A stretch of DNA of 64,000 nt from Candidatus Poribacteria bacterium. GTDB lineage: Bacteria > Poribacteria > WGA-4E > PCPOR2b. Below the pieces are notes generated by a model that ran no database searches, was not told the DNA's origin, and saw nothing but the letters and a program-made list of their open reading frames with translations. Where the stretch lies: positions 2,496,001 to 2,560,000 of the forward strand of contig OZ240245.1 of NCBI GenBank assembly GCA_965198175.1. Reading direction: 5' to 3'. Both the position numbers and the translations under genes were made by a program. Below, piece after piece: positions 44,443-55,464 of the stretch (position 1 is the first letter of the stretch; each line of letters opens with the position of its first letter).

Positions 44443-44497
44443 AAAAAACCCATCTTGCACATGCGTATTCTATATGCGTGCGTGGGATGGGTTTTTT
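44443..44497. terminator. Bidirectional-type hairpin after the LamG cluster
   Basis: AAAAAACCCATC ... GATGGGTTTTTT. Confidence 0.6.
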
Positions 44498-44729
44498 ATA
44501 CACCAGCGCCGATGTGGTCGGTATGGAAAACGTCTTCCCTAAAAGCACCATCGGTGCGTTTTTCAACCAACTTTAACAACATCCGTTTGGTAGTGTGCAT
44601 AAGGAGAGAAAATGTCGGATACGGAACTGAAGGTGCGGGAAGGATATCTTGATGACCAGGCATAAGATCGGATCCGCATCGAAACAGAAGCGGTTCTACT
44701 CATTATGGCACATTTGCTGGCAAGAGAGA

Positions 44730-44873
44730 ATGATTCGTTTTTTACATCAGTTTGAACCGGGGAGAGGCGATTATTCTGTTAATCGAGATCAATGGTTGAC
44801 TGTTCCAGACGTCGACACGTTAGTCAGACAAATTCAACAAGCACGGTCGACGGGTAATGAGAGTCACTCTTGA
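44730..44873 (+). pseudogene. Fragment of a small antitoxin-like protein
   Basis: MIRFLHQFEPGRGDYS..RDQWL resembles small proteins often found beside PIN toxins. N-terminus is not intact and no toxin follows. Confidence 0.35.
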
Positions 44874-44941
44874 CAGCGGAAAAGATGCCACACAAGAGAA
44901 GAGATCACTGATGAAATCATCTCAGAGAGGAAAACGCCCGG

Positions 44942-47900
44942 ATGAAACCAGTGTTTGCAATTTGCTTTATGGGCCTAGTCTGTTTGCTGTATGCCTTTGG
45001 GGATGAAATTAATCCGGATCCAGGGGCGCTTACCCCACCGCCTCAAACGGCAAAAGCCCATTATGATTTGGGGCTTGCCTTTAAAAATAGGGAGCAAGAG
45101 AAGGCAATCGCAGAATTTCAACAAGCAATCCGACTCCATCCCACTTACACGGAAGCGCATCGAGAATACATGGATGTGATGCGAGCGCAAGGGAAAACAG
45201 CGCAGCTCGTCGAAGAATACCGAGCAGAGGCGGCGCAAAATCCGTCAAGCGAGGTGCATCACTATCTCCTGGGTAGAGCCCTAGACGATAGCGATGAAAA
45301 ACTCCTCGCGTTCAAGAAAGCCGTCGAAATCAATCCAGATTACCCGTGGGGGCATTTTGGGTTGGGAACCATCTATGCTGATCAGGGCAAGCTGGACGAG
45401 GCGATCGCTGCATACAAACGGGCAACCCGTCTCAACTCGAATCTGGCGATGGGGCATTTCAATCTGGGCGTTATCTATCTGGAGCGTGGCGAGCTAGACG
45501 ATGCCGTTGACGCATTCACAATGGCTATCCGCATCGATCCGGACGATGCATATACACACATCAGCCTTGGGGTTGCCTACAAAGCGCAAGGCAAACTGGA
45601 CGAGGCGATTGCGGCATTCAAAATGGTTCTTCGAATCAACCCAGACGATGCAAGCGCGCACTACAAGCTGGGAAGAATCTACAATGACCAGGGTAAACAC
45701 TCGGAAGCAATTGCACCTCTCGAAAGGGCTGTCCGTCTAATACCCAATCATGTCGGTGGACATATCAGTCTGGGGTTTGCTTACATGCAGGGCGGCCAAA
45801 TCGACGAAGCGGTTGCGGCGTTCCAAAAGGCCATCAACCTCAACCCGAAGTTCGCACCAGCGCATAACAATCTGGGACTTGCCTATTCTAGGCAAGGGCA
45901 TCCAGACAAAGCCATCGCGGCATACAAAACTGCCCTGACAATCAATCCTGACTTACCAGGAGTACATACCAATCTGGGAATTATCTATGCACAACAAGGT
46001 CAACTGAATGATGCGATTGCGGCGTTCCAGACCGCCATCCGCATCTACCCGAACAATGTCAGATCGCACAGCAATCTGGGACTTGCCTACCAGAAGCAAG
46101 GCCGGCTCGATGATGCGATTGCGGTGTGGCAGGCTGCGATTCGTATCGACCCGAACAATGCAAAGGTGCACCTTGGTCTGGGAAATGCCTATTACCAGCA
46201 GGGGAAGCCAGACGAAGCCATCACGGCATATAAAACTGCTATTAATATCAACCCGAACGATGCAAGAGCGCATTATGTTCTGGGACTCATCTACAAAGCG
46301 CAAGGTCAAGTGGACAAAGCAATATCAGCGTACAAAAAGGTCATCGGTATCGACCCAAGGGACGCAGGGGTGCATCACACGCTGGGATTGCTCTACTTCA
46401 ATCAAGGTAGACTTGACAAGGCGATTTTCGCGTACAAAACCGCCCTACAGATAAACCCTGAGTTGCCGGAAGCATATACTAACCTTGGCAATGTCTACCT
46501 GAATCAGGGCAACCTCAATGAAGCAATCGCAGCCTGGAAAGCTGCTGTTCAACACAATCCTAATGACACATTGGCGTATTTCAATTTGGGCGTCACTTAT
46601 GAAACGCAAGGTAAACTCGGCGAGGCGATTGCGGCGTGGAAAGCCGCTATCAGGAGCGATCCCAACTATGCATCGGCGTACGTGCCTCTAGGCAACGCCT
46701 ATGCGCAGATGGGGGACCTCGACGAAGCGATTGCCAAGTACGAAACCGCTATCAATGTTGACCCAAACGATGCCGCCGCATATGTCGCTTTGGGCAACGC
46801 CTATGCGCAGATGGGGGACCTCGACGAAGCGGCTGCGGCGTACGAAAGGGCTATCAGCATTGACCCGACCTATGCTTATGCACAAGTGAGTCTGCAATTG
46901 GACGACAAAGCGCGAGGCAAGCTGGACGACGCAATTGCCCCCTACGAATCCGATATCCAGATTGACCCGCCCGGCGTGATGCCACACGGCAATCCGGGAG
47001 GCAATGCTGATTTTCCGAGCCTTCCCAAGGCGCACCTACTAGGTCAAGACAATAACGCTCATTGGCGATACCCACTCAATGAGCCGGTGTGGCGCGCCGC
47101 CAATGATGCGGCGCACATGGCTCCGGATGACCCTGTCCTGGGACTGCACATGGGAAGTAGAGCGTGGGCGCTGCCATGGTGGATTATGAAGAATCACCAT
47201 GTGGCGAATCTTAAACTGGACAATCAGCCGATATTGATCACGTTCTGCGAATTGTGCAGCAGCGCAGCCGCCTTCAATCCGGTTCTCAAGAGGGAACGAT
47301 ATACGTTCCGCATTGTGGGTTTCTACAACGGTACGATTCTCGTTTCGGACTTCGAGACCGGGAGTTTCTGGTCTCCGTTCCGGGGTGAAGCCATAGAGGG
47401 GCCACTCGAGGGAGAGCGGCTGACGCGATTGCCACTGTATCAATGTACGTGGTCAGAATGGCTTGCCCTGCATCCGGACGCCTTTGTCTTAGATGGCGCA
47501 GAAGCGCTGCGCGGAGGGCACGGACACCGTTATCGTCCGGGGTCACCCGGGATAGATAGTTTTTCCGCAACACTGCTGCAGTCTGTTGACAAGCGACTTC
47601 CGCACAACGAACTTGTTCTGGGCGTGGAAATTAACGGAGTGGCGCGGGCATATCCACTATCGACCTTGGATCAGATAGGGCTGGTCGTTAACGATACACT
47701 GGGCGAAATGGAGATCGTTGTTCTGCATCAGCCGGAGACCATGCTAGCAATCGTCTTCTCACGTCGGTTTGGAGACAGAGTTCTGATTTTTGAGGGCGCT
47801 AAAGATGGGCGGATTGTAGATCGCGAATACCAGGGGCACTGGAACTATGCTGGAGAGGCCGAAGACGGTGCGCTTGACGGACGTAAGCTGTCGTATGTTT

Positions 47901-47989
47901 CCTCCGGAGTCGAGGAATGGTATATCTGGGCGGCATATCATCCGGAGACGGAAATCTTTGGCGGTAGCGAGACTTCAAAATTGAAATAG
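44942..47989 (+). CDS. Exported TPR-repeat protein with C-terminal DUF3179-like domain
   Basis: Signal peptide and about 18 34-aa TPRs. Then TFCELC, D.ETGSFW, GEAIEGPL.G, WSEWLALHPD and WAAYHPET. Confidence 0.85.
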   Translation: MKPVFAICFMGLVCLLYAFGDEINPDPGALTPPPQTAKAHYDLGLAFKNREQEKAIAEFQQAIRLHPTYTEAHREYMDVMRAQGKTAQLVEEYRAEAAQNPSSEVHHYLLGRALDDSDEKLLAFKKAVEINPDYPWGHFGLGTIYADQGKLDEAIAAYKRATRLNSNLAMGHFNLGVIYLERGELDDAVDAFTMAIRIDPDDAYTHISLGVAYKAQGKLDEAIAAFKMVLRINPDDASAHYKLGRIYNDQGKHSEAIAPLERAVRLIPNHVGGHISLGFAYMQGGQIDEAVAAFQKAINLNPKFAPAHNNLGLAYSRQGHPDKAIAAYKTALTINPDLPGVHTNLGIIYAQQGQLNDAIAAFQTAIRIYPNNVRSHSNLGLAYQKQGRLDDAIAVWQAAIRIDPNNAKVHLGLGNAYYQQGKPDEAITAYKTAININPNDARAHYVLGLIYKAQGQVDKAISAYKKVIGIDPRDAGVHHTLGLLYFNQGRLDKAIFAYKTALQINPELPEAYTNLGNVYLNQGNLNEAIAAWKAAVQHNPNDTLAYFNLGVTYETQGKLGEAIAAWKAAIRSDPNYASAYVPLGNAYAQMGDLDEAIAKYETAINVDPNDAAAYVALGNAYAQMGDLDEAAAAYERAISIDPTYAYAQVSLQLDDKARGKLDDAIAPYESDIQIDPPGVMPHGNPGGNADFPSLPKAHLLGQDNNAHWRYPLNEPVWRAANDAAHMAPDDPVLGLHMGSRAWALPWWIMKNHHVANLKLDNQPILITFCELCSSAAAFNPVLKRERYTFRIVGFYNGTILVSDFETGSFWSPFRGEAIEGPLEGERLTRLPLYQCTWSEWLALHPDAFVLDGAEALRGGHGHRYRPGSPGIDSFSATLLQSVDKRLPHNELVLGVEINGVARAYPLSTLDQIGLVVNDTLGEMEIVVLHQPETMLAIVFSRRFGDRVLIFEGAKDGRIVDREYQGHWNYAGEAEDGALDGRKLSYVSSGVEEWYIWAAYHPETEIFGGSETSKLK

Positions 47990-48442
47990 GGTCAGAACTG
48001 AAGTGCCAACGGAAATTTAGACCAGAAATAAGCGAAGTTAAACTAAGTGTTGCTGCTCAAATTCAATGGAAGACTGTAGTTGGGCTCCCGCAGTCTTTGG
48101 AAATACAACGGCAAGCGGGTGGATGCTAGAACGCGCATCGGGCATTTTCAGGTGTATGTGAACTCAGAGAAAAAGACAGGTGTGTCGAATATCTATTGAG
48201 TCGAGTGAAATAGCACTGTTGTTCGACGTTTGTGTAGAATCCCGAGGTGCGCAACCACTTGAATTTCACATCGGTATCTAGAATAATTTGACAGAGTCAA
48301 GACAATTTACGGAAGAGAATTACTCGTGCACAGAAATTAAAGCCAAATGACAAAACTATCGAACGAAGGACAGCCTGTTTGAACTCGTGGAAGATTCCGC
48401 ACCGAAGCCTAAGTTTCTCGCCATAAGTTAAGGAGCTTGTAA

Positions 48443-50995
48443 ATGCCAAAGCACATGTATAATCCCGCAGCCATTGAGCCGAAATGGCAAAGCATTTGGG
48501 AGAAACGTGAGACATTTCGCACACCTGACGACCCCAAGGCATGGGAAGGAAAACCGAAATTTTACATACTGGGCATGTTCCCATACGTTTCAGGGGCTGG
48601 CTTACATGTCGGTCACCCAAAAGGATATCTTGCTACAGACGTGATTGCCAACATGCGACGAATGCAAGGCTACAACGTCCTCCATCCGATGGGCTGGGAT
48701 GCGTTTGGACTGCCAGCAGAGCGTGCCGCTGAACGCGGGAATGTTCACCCTGCAACAATCACCGAAAAGATGGTGGATATGTTCCGCCAACAGATCAAGC
48801 GGCTCGGATTCTCATATGACTGGAGCCGGGAGATTAACACCTCCGCGCCCGAATACTACAAGTGGACGCAGTGGATTTTCCTCAAACTCTACGAGAAAGG
48901 GCTGGCATACCTCGAAGATGTGCCCGTTAATTGGTGTCCCGCGCTCGGCACCGTACTCGCCAACGAGGAGGTTAAAGACGGAAAATACATTGAAACCGGC
49001 GATCCGATTGAGAGGCGGCAGATGCGGCAATGGATGCTGAAAATCACAGCGTATGCCGAGCGGCTCCTTGAAGACCTGAATGATCTGGATTGGCCAGAAG
49101 GTCTCAAGGAGATGCAGCGGAATTGGATCGGAAAATCGGAGGGTGCAGATATAAAATTCTCCATCAAGGACACTGATCTCACGTTCACCGTTTTCACAAC
49201 GCGACCAGATACACTCTTCGGAGCGACATACTGCGTTTTCGCCCCCGAACACCCGCTGGTCGAAGGGATTGTGAGCGATGACCGGAAGACTACGGTTAGG
49301 GCGTATATCGAGGAATCGAAGAATAAATCCGACCTACAGCGAACAGACCTCGCGACAGAGAAGACGGGGGTTTTCACGGGAGCCTACGCAATCAATCCCT
49401 GCAATAATGGAGCGATTCCAATCTGGATCGCCGACTATGTGCTGATTTCCTACGGCACTGGCGCCATCATGGCAGTGCCCGGTCACGACGAACGCGACCA
49501 TGAGTTTGCTAGAGCATTTAACCTTCCAATCGTCCAAGTCATCAGCGGCGGCGAGAAGCCGATTGAGGTGGAACCTTTCACCGACGACGGGGTCTGTGTG
49601 AACAGCGGTTTCCTCAACGGCTTGGGTGTGACGGACGCAAAAGAGAAGATGATCGAGTGGCTTGAGCAAAAAAAGAAGGGCAATCGGCAGGTGCAGTATC
49701 GTTTACGTGACTGGCTATTTTCCCGTCAGCGTTACTGGGGCGAGCCATTCCCGGTTGTGCATCTCGAAGATGGTTCGATTACGACGATTCCTGATGACGG
49801 TCTTCCAGTGGAACTCCCATCCATTGATGAATACCGACCAACCCCCGACGGCAAGCCCCCCCTTGCCCGCGCTGGAGACGACTGGCTGAAAATGTTCCTC
49901 CCAGACGGGCGCCTCGGGATTCGGGAAACCAATACGATGCCGCAATGGGCGGGCTCTTGCTGGTACTACTTGCGTTATATTGATTCACAGAACGACGAGG
50001 CGCCGTGGTCTACGGAAGCGGAACGATATTGGCTGCCGGTTGACCTGTATATCGGCGGTACCGAGCACGCCGTGTTGCACCTGCTCTACGCACGGTTCTG
50101 GCACAAGGTGTTGTACGACTGCGGACTTGTGTCCACGAAAGAGCCGTTTCAGAACCTCTTCAATCAGGGGACAATCCTCGCGGAATCCTATCAGGACGAT
50201 AACGGCAAATATTACTATCCGCACGAAGTGGAGAAAAAAGGAGAAGAATGGTTCGTTAAGGCGTCTAGTAGACCCGTCAATACGCAACTTGAGAAGATGA
50301 GCAAATCCAAATTCAACGTCGTGAACCCCGACGATGTCATCGACCAGTACGGTGCGGACTCAGTGAGGCTCTACGAACTATTTATCGGCCCGTTGAGCGT
50401 CAGTACCCCTTGGCAGACCGCTGGCGTGGAAGGGGTTTATCGCTTCCTCAACCGGGTCTGGAGGCTGGTCGTCGACGAATACACGGGTGAATTGAGTAAG
50501 AAGCTAACAGATGCACCCAGCAACAGCCATACAGCGTTGTGGAAAGAATTGCACCAGACCATCAAAGTAGTCACGGAGGACACAGAATCCATTGATAAAA
50601 TGAACACAGCTATCAGCCAAATGATGGTGTTTGTCAACGCCGCGACGCAAGCCCGTACGCTTCCCAAAGAGACGATGAACACCTTTCTGCGACTGCTGTT
50701 CCCTTACGCGCCGCACATCGCCGAAGAGCTGTGGGAACGGCTGGGCAACACAGAACTGATCGCGAAGGCGTCTTGGCCAACTTATGACCCAGAAGCGCTC
50801 AAACGAGACGAGGTAACCGTTGTCGTCCAAGTCAACGGGAAGCTACGTAGCCGCATTCAATTGTCCGCGGACGCGAGTAACAAAGAGGCTGAAGCAGTTG
50901 CGCTTTCGGACCAACGCGTCCAGAACAACGTTGCAGGGAAAACGATACGGAAGGTGATTGTCGTTCCGAACCGGCTGATTAACATCGTCGTGTAA
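48443..50995 (+). CDS. leuS: Leucine--tRNA ligase
   Basis: [45 protein letters not shown]. Confidence 0.98.
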   Translation: MPKHMYNPAAIEPKWQSIWEKRETFRTPDDPKAWEGKPKFYILGMFPYVSGAGLHVGHPKGYLATDVIANMRRMQGYNVLHPMGWDAFGLPAERAAERGNVHPATITEKMVDMFRQQIKRLGFSYDWSREINTSAPEYYKWTQWIFLKLYEKGLAYLEDVPVNWCPALGTVLANEEVKDGKYIETGDPIERRQMRQWMLKITAYAERLLEDLNDLDWPEGLKEMQRNWIGKSEGADIKFSIKDTDLTFTVFTTRPDTLFGATYCVFAPEHPLVEGIVSDDRKTTVRAYIEESKNKSDLQRTDLATEKTGVFTGAYAINPCNNGAIPIWIADYVLISYGTGAIMAVPGHDERDHEFARAFNLPIVQVISGGEKPIEVEPFTDDGVCVNSGFLNGLGVTDAKEKMIEWLEQKKKGNRQVQYRLRDWLFSRQRYWGEPFPVVHLEDGSITTIPDDGLPVELPSIDEYRPTPDGKPPLARAGDDWLKMFLPDGRLGIRETNTMPQWAGSCWYYLRYIDSQNDEAPWSTEAERYWLPVDLYIGGTEHAVLHLLYARFWHKVLYDCGLVSTKEPFQNLFNQGTILAESYQDDNGKYYYPHEVEKKGEEWFVKASSRPVNTQLEKMSKSKFNVVNPDDVIDQYGADSVRLYELFIGPLSVSTPWQTAGVEGVYRFLNRVWRLVVDEYTGELSKKLTDAPSNSHTALWKELHQTIKVVTEDTESIDKMNTAISQMMVFVNAATQARTLPKETMNTFLRLLFPYAPHIAEELWERLGNTELIAKASWPTYDPEALKRDEVTVVVQVNGKLRSRIQLSADASNKEAEAVALSDQRVQNNVAGKTIRKVIVVPNRLINIVV

Positions 50996-51083
50996 CTCGT
51001 GAGAAATGCGCAACGCCCATAACGCAGAACGAATCACATATCACATTCAGCAATTTGTCAGAAATCAGGAGGAAATCGAAGAA

Positions 51084-52754
51084 ATGTCCGAAACCCAAAA
51101 TGAAGGCGTACTTATCACTCCCATCGGTGGATTGGGAGAATTCGGCTTGAACATGATGACGTATGAAGTCGCCGACGATCTAATCATCATTGATGCTGGC
51201 ATCATGTTTCCCGAAGCGGACACGCCGGGTGTAGATTTGGTCGTCCCCGATATAACATACTTACTTGAGAATCAGCACAAAATCCGCGGAATCGTAGTTA
51301 CCCATGCACATGAAGATCACACAGGTGCACTTGCATTCCTGCTACGACAAATTAACATCCCTGTTTACGGCACTGAACTCACCCTCGCGCTCGCTAAACG
51401 CAGATTGCAGGAATACGATGTCTTAAAAGACGCGCAACTAACCGTCATTGATCCAGATCTCCGGTTGCAACTTGGATGCTTTTCGCTTGAATTCATCCAT
51501 GTAGCCCATAGCATTCCCGGCACAGTGTCAGTAGCCCTACATACGCCTGTTGGTGTAATCGTCCATACCGCCGACTTCAAGTTCGATCTCACTCCCGTCG
51601 ATAATCGGCGCACTGAAATTCACAAACTTGCGATGCTTGGGGAGAAAGGCGTTCTGTTGCTTGTATCCGATAGCACCAATGCGGATCGACCCGGCTTCAC
51701 TCCCTCTGAGCGCGCCATTTATTCCGACATGGATGCAATTTTTCAAAGTGTTGACCGACGCCTTTTCCTTTCTACCTTTTCATCAAGCCTTCACCGTATC
51801 CAGCAATTCATCGATCTCGCAATCGAACATCACCGCCTGATAGCCGTCACCGGGCGTTCTATGGTAAATAATATCCGAATTGCTTCAGAGTTAGCTTACT
51901 TAAACGTGCCGCCCGACCTTCTCATCGATCCCCGGGAGGTGAAGCAGTTTCAACCTCGCGAGGTCGTAGTGCTGAGTACTGGCAGCCAAGGCGAACCCCG
52001 ATCGGCAATGGCGTTGATGGCGATGAATAATCACGCATTCCTGAATATTGAACCGCAGGATACCGTCGTCCTTTCCGCCCGCATCATTCCGGGCAATGAG
52101 CGATCGGTTGGGCACATGATAAATCACTTGCTTCGACGCGGCGCGCGGGTCCTCCACGAAAGAAACGCCGATGTCCATGTGTCCGGACACGGTGCCCAAG
52201 AAGATCTCAAGTTGATGATTAATCTCGTACGCCCCAAATTTTTCGTGCCGATGCACGGTGAATACAGCCACCTTGTTCATCATGCTGAACTCGCAGAGGA
52301 GATTGGCATCCCCTACGAAAATATCACAGTTGCTGAAGACGGCGATCAGATGCTGCTGAACCCTGATTCCTGCGGCATTCATGCGCGCGTTCAATCCGGA
52401 CGTGTTTTCGTGGATGGCAAGCTTGAAATGGGAGTCGAGGACATAGTATTGCATGATCGGCAGGCGCTCTCGCAAGATGGTATGGTCATCCCGATTGTTG
52501 TGCTCGATCGGAACACCGGCAAAATCGTCGCTGGACCGGACATGGTTTCAAGAGGCTTTGTTTACATGGACGAATCTCAACCGCTGATAGACGAAGCCAA
52601 AGAGATCGTCATCAATTCGATAGATAGACTTAGCGAAGAGGTCAAAAGCGAAACGGAAACGGTACAAGAGGAAATCCGAATTGTCCTGCGGCGCTTCTTC
52701 TCGAAACGAACAAAGCGTCGTCCGATGGTGCTGCCTGTTGTTATGCGGGTCTAA
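51084..52754 (+). CDS. rnj: Ribonuclease J
   Basis: GGLGEFG.NM, THAHEDH, GSQGEP, HVSGH, PMHGE. Confidence 0.95.
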   Translation: MSETQNEGVLITPIGGLGEFGLNMMTYEVADDLIIIDAGIMFPEADTPGVDLVVPDITYLLENQHKIRGIVVTHAHEDHTGALAFLLRQINIPVYGTELTLALAKRRLQEYDVLKDAQLTVIDPDLRLQLGCFSLEFIHVAHSIPGTVSVALHTPVGVIVHTADFKFDLTPVDNRRTEIHKLAMLGEKGVLLLVSDSTNADRPGFTPSERAIYSDMDAIFQSVDRRLFLSTFSSSLHRIQQFIDLAIEHHRLIAVTGRSMVNNIRIASELAYLNVPPDLLIDPREVKQFQPREVVVLSTGSQGEPRSAMALMAMNNHAFLNIEPQDTVVLSARIIPGNERSVGHMINHLLRRGARVLHERNADVHVSGHGAQEDLKLMINLVRPKFFVPMHGEYSHLVHHAELAEEIGIPYENITVAEDGDQMLLNPDSCGIHARVQSGRVFVDGKLEMGVEDIVLHDRQALSQDGMVIPIVVLDRNTGKIVAGPDMVSRGFVYMDESQPLIDEAKEIVINSIDRLSEEVKSETETVQEEIRIVLRRFFSKRTKRRPMVLPVVMRV

Positions 52755-52884
52755 TCCCACGCGATATCGCTTCGCCTTTACTTCGAGACCGAATCATTGA
52801 TATCATTGGTTGGAAGTTATGCACCGATAAACGGTTTCGAAGCTTCTCGAAACTCAAACTTCAAATTTGAGAGAGGGTCTCACA

Positions 52885-53415
52885 ATGAACACTAGAGAGA
52901 AGTTCAGATACATGGCTTTTGGCGCCGCGCTGATGTTTCTGGGAATGCTGCTCACTTTGATGTCGCCACTAACTGCACAAAAGGATAGGTTCGGCGAGAT
53001 TGAGTGTACAAAGTTGACGGTCGTTGACGGGGAGGGTAAAGCGTCAGTCGTGCTTACTGGCGAAGATGGACTAGACCACGTGTGGCCTTTTGCCGAAACA
53101 CCGGTTCCCGTAGTTATCTATGATAGAGGTATAAGACTCACAGACAGCAATAAAGAAAGCCTCCGGCTTAAGGGCGGACGCGTTGATGTCTATGACAAAG
53201 ACATAAAGGCGCACGCGTCTCTCCATGTTGATGACCATGGCGGGCGTGTAATTGCATTCGGCAAAGATTGGCGGTCGCATGCAGTGCTCAGTATTAGTGA
53301 GTATGGGGGGCGTGTAGAGGTAAACAGCAAAGGTGACGGCACGGCGGTTATGGGCATCAACGAATTCGGCAACGGCGCTGTGTCCACGTGGGATAAGAAC
53401 GGCTATCGACAGTAA
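52885..53415 (+). CDS. Hypothetical exported beta-repeat protein
   Basis: N-terminal hydrophobic helix and repeated GGRV units. Confidence 0.7.
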   Translation: MNTREKFRYMAFGAALMFLGMLLTLMSPLTAQKDRFGEIECTKLTVVDGEGKASVVLTGEDGLDHVWPFAETPVPVVIYDRGIRLTDSNKESLRLKGGRVDVYDKDIKAHASLHVDDHGGRVIAFGKDWRSHAVLSISEYGGRVEVNSKGDGTAVMGINEFGNGAVSTWDKNGYRQ

Positions 53416-53482
53416 CCCCAAAATGCTTCAAATCAGATGGTCAATCAGTGACTAGGCGTGATGCCCAGTCAGAAAGGAGATA

Positions 53483-54232
53483 ATGTTGAAAGCGATATAG
53501 ATACGGGTTGGCATTGACAAAAAAAAAGGAGAATGGAATGCACCGCGCAACCCAGAAAACGGTGACTTTGTGTATGTACCTGTTCCGGCAGAAGATCGAT
53601 ATGAAGATCCGTTGATGGATAGATATTACGCGGAAAATATTGCCACGGCGTTAAAAAGGTTTTCCACAAAAAATCTTTGCCACATTGATCTACGCGAAGG
53701 TTTAGCGAATGAATCGGCACATTTAGACCCCGATTTTTGCGCTAACCGCCTAAGCTATGGCGACAGCGGCAATAATAATAAAGGAATAGCGTTGCGTAAA
53801 CTGGCACCTGGCGATTTTGTGATTTTCTACAATTGTATGTGTCCGATTAAGCCTCTGGAAACAGGCGATCGGTTAGAGTATGGGATTATTGGAATACTGA
53901 GAGTGAGTGAAATCTATCCTTATATTGGTAACATGGCGGATGAAAGAAATATCCACTCCCGACGCCCTCACAGGGAGCCGACAGATGTTGTAGCATTTGG
54001 TGCCCCGGAGAGATCTGGTAGGTTTGAGAAATACTTGCCGATCGGCGTATTCGAGAAGCGGAACAAGAAAAGTAAATACTATGTAAGAGCTTCCTTAGCT
54101 AATGAATGGGACGGGGTCAGTAATAACGGTTATATCCAAATGTCATTTCCTGTATGGCTTGACAATCCGGAGCGATTTTTCGAGTGGTTTAATCGACAGA
54201 ATCTGAGGTTAATCCAGGAAAATAATCCATAA
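53483..54232 (+). pseudogene. Nmad3-like (nucleotide-modification-associated) gene with in-frame TAG at codon 6
   Basis: SD GAAAGGAG and ATG 53483 give MLKAI*IRVGID..WNAP..FVYVP. Later motifs HLDPDF, YGD, GDFVIFY. Confidence 0.6.
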
Positions 54233-54356
54233 CAAATCTAGCGACTAAACAAATGACAATCAAAACTTATACAGACTATTCGGGCTTGTCGGCTGCACAA
54301 TCCGACGGTGAATCAAGTCGGGTCGTCTTTCGGCGCGTCGGGTCGATGGTCGGTGC

Positions 54357-54617
54357 GTGATTACGGTCGTGGTGAGTGATAAGTCAGCGAATAAGCAATC
54401 ATCTAACCCTGACCAGTCAGCAGAACAGGGGGCGTTGGTTCAGAAGTTTCAATCAGAAAGCAATCATCTGCGTAGGCAGGTCGACCATCTGACTCAGGTT
54501 GTGGCGATGCAAACGCAACAACAGGGTGAATTGGAAAAGCAGCTTTATAGTCCTGCGCGAGCATCTACGTTGGCGTGGGTTCGGCTGAAACTGCAAGCGA
54601 TGGGGTTGACACGATGA
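54357..54617 (+). CDS. Hypothetical coiled-coil protein or remnant
   Basis: 86 aa with ATGA overlap into the next gene. Confidence 0.35.
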   Translation: MITVVVSDKSANKQSSNPDQSAEQGALVQKFQSESNHLRRQVDHLTQVVAMQTQQQGELEKQLYSPARASTLAWVRLKLQAMGLTR

Positions 54618-55207
54618 TGCGCCAGAGCTTGTTGATTCGACAGCGAGAACGCGAATTAGATGCGAAGATGCGACAGCGTCAACGCGAATATGAAACGCCG
54701 AACACGCTGAAACACTTGCTCTTTGCCTTTGAAGGACGAATCAGCAGGATACCGTTTTTGGTGACTGTTTTTGCACTTTGGGGAGTGTTCTTGGCAATAA
54801 TGGGTCTGTCCAGTTTTTTTATGATTGCCATCCAGATTGTCCATGAACACTTAGCCTTCGTTGTCGGGCTAATCCTAGGTCTTAGCTTGTTAATTTTCGC
54901 CCTGTGGGTCTCGCTAGCGGTTACTATTAAGCGCTTACATGATTGCGATTTATCCGGCTGGTGGTGCGTAATGTTTTTTATCCTGTCGTTTGCACTCACA
55001 GTGGTTGGTAAGAGCTTTTTTCGTCTCGATCAGGGCGATAATGCAACGGCGCAAGAGGTTAAAGATGCCGTAACTGGCATTTCGTGTCTTATCATACATT
55101 TGCTGGTAATTATTGTGCTAGGGTCTAAGAAAGGCACAGAGGGTGAAAATCGCTTTGGGCAGAGGTCAATTATGGTAAGATGGAAGAACGCGAAAAAAGC
55201 GGACTGA
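54614..55207 (+). CDS. DUF805 membrane protein
   Basis: FEGRISR, KRLHD..LSGW, GT.GENRFG. Confidence 0.88.
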   Translation: MMRQSLLIRQRERELDAKMRQRQREYETPNTLKHLLFAFEGRISRIPFLVTVFALWGVFLAIMGLSSFFMIAIQIVHEHLAFVVGLILGLSLLIFALWVSLAVTIKRLHDCDLSGWWCVMFFILSFALTVVGKSFFRLDQGDNATAQEVKDAVTGISCLIIHLLVIIVLGSKKGTEGENRFGQRSIMVRWKNAKKAD

Positions 55208-55239
55208 AAGAAAGTCAAGCGTGGGGTAAAAAAAGTGCA

Positions 55240-55265
55240 CCGGTGGGTAACTACCGGCGTTTTTT
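55240..55265 (+). terminator. Intrinsic terminator
   Basis: CCGGTGG-GTAA-CTACCGG followed by a T-run. Confidence 0.55.
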
Positions 55266-55464
55266 GTGGGCGTGGGTAAAACCACATGTGGAGTATGCTT
55301 CGGCGTGAGAGTTTGTGTAACCTGGATCAACGAAAACAAACGCACACGGTCTAAATATGAAGTTTTTCTTCCGTAGGGTCGCTGCAAGAGGAGAACAGCG
55401 GAAGAGCGCAGAATAAACTTGGGCGGATGTGTAGGCAAATTACTGCACATTGATATCCTGCGGT

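Noticed and set aside
48000..48442. T-box leader before leuS
   Set aside because: No GGTGGNACCGCG-like T-box or terminator hairpin is visible.
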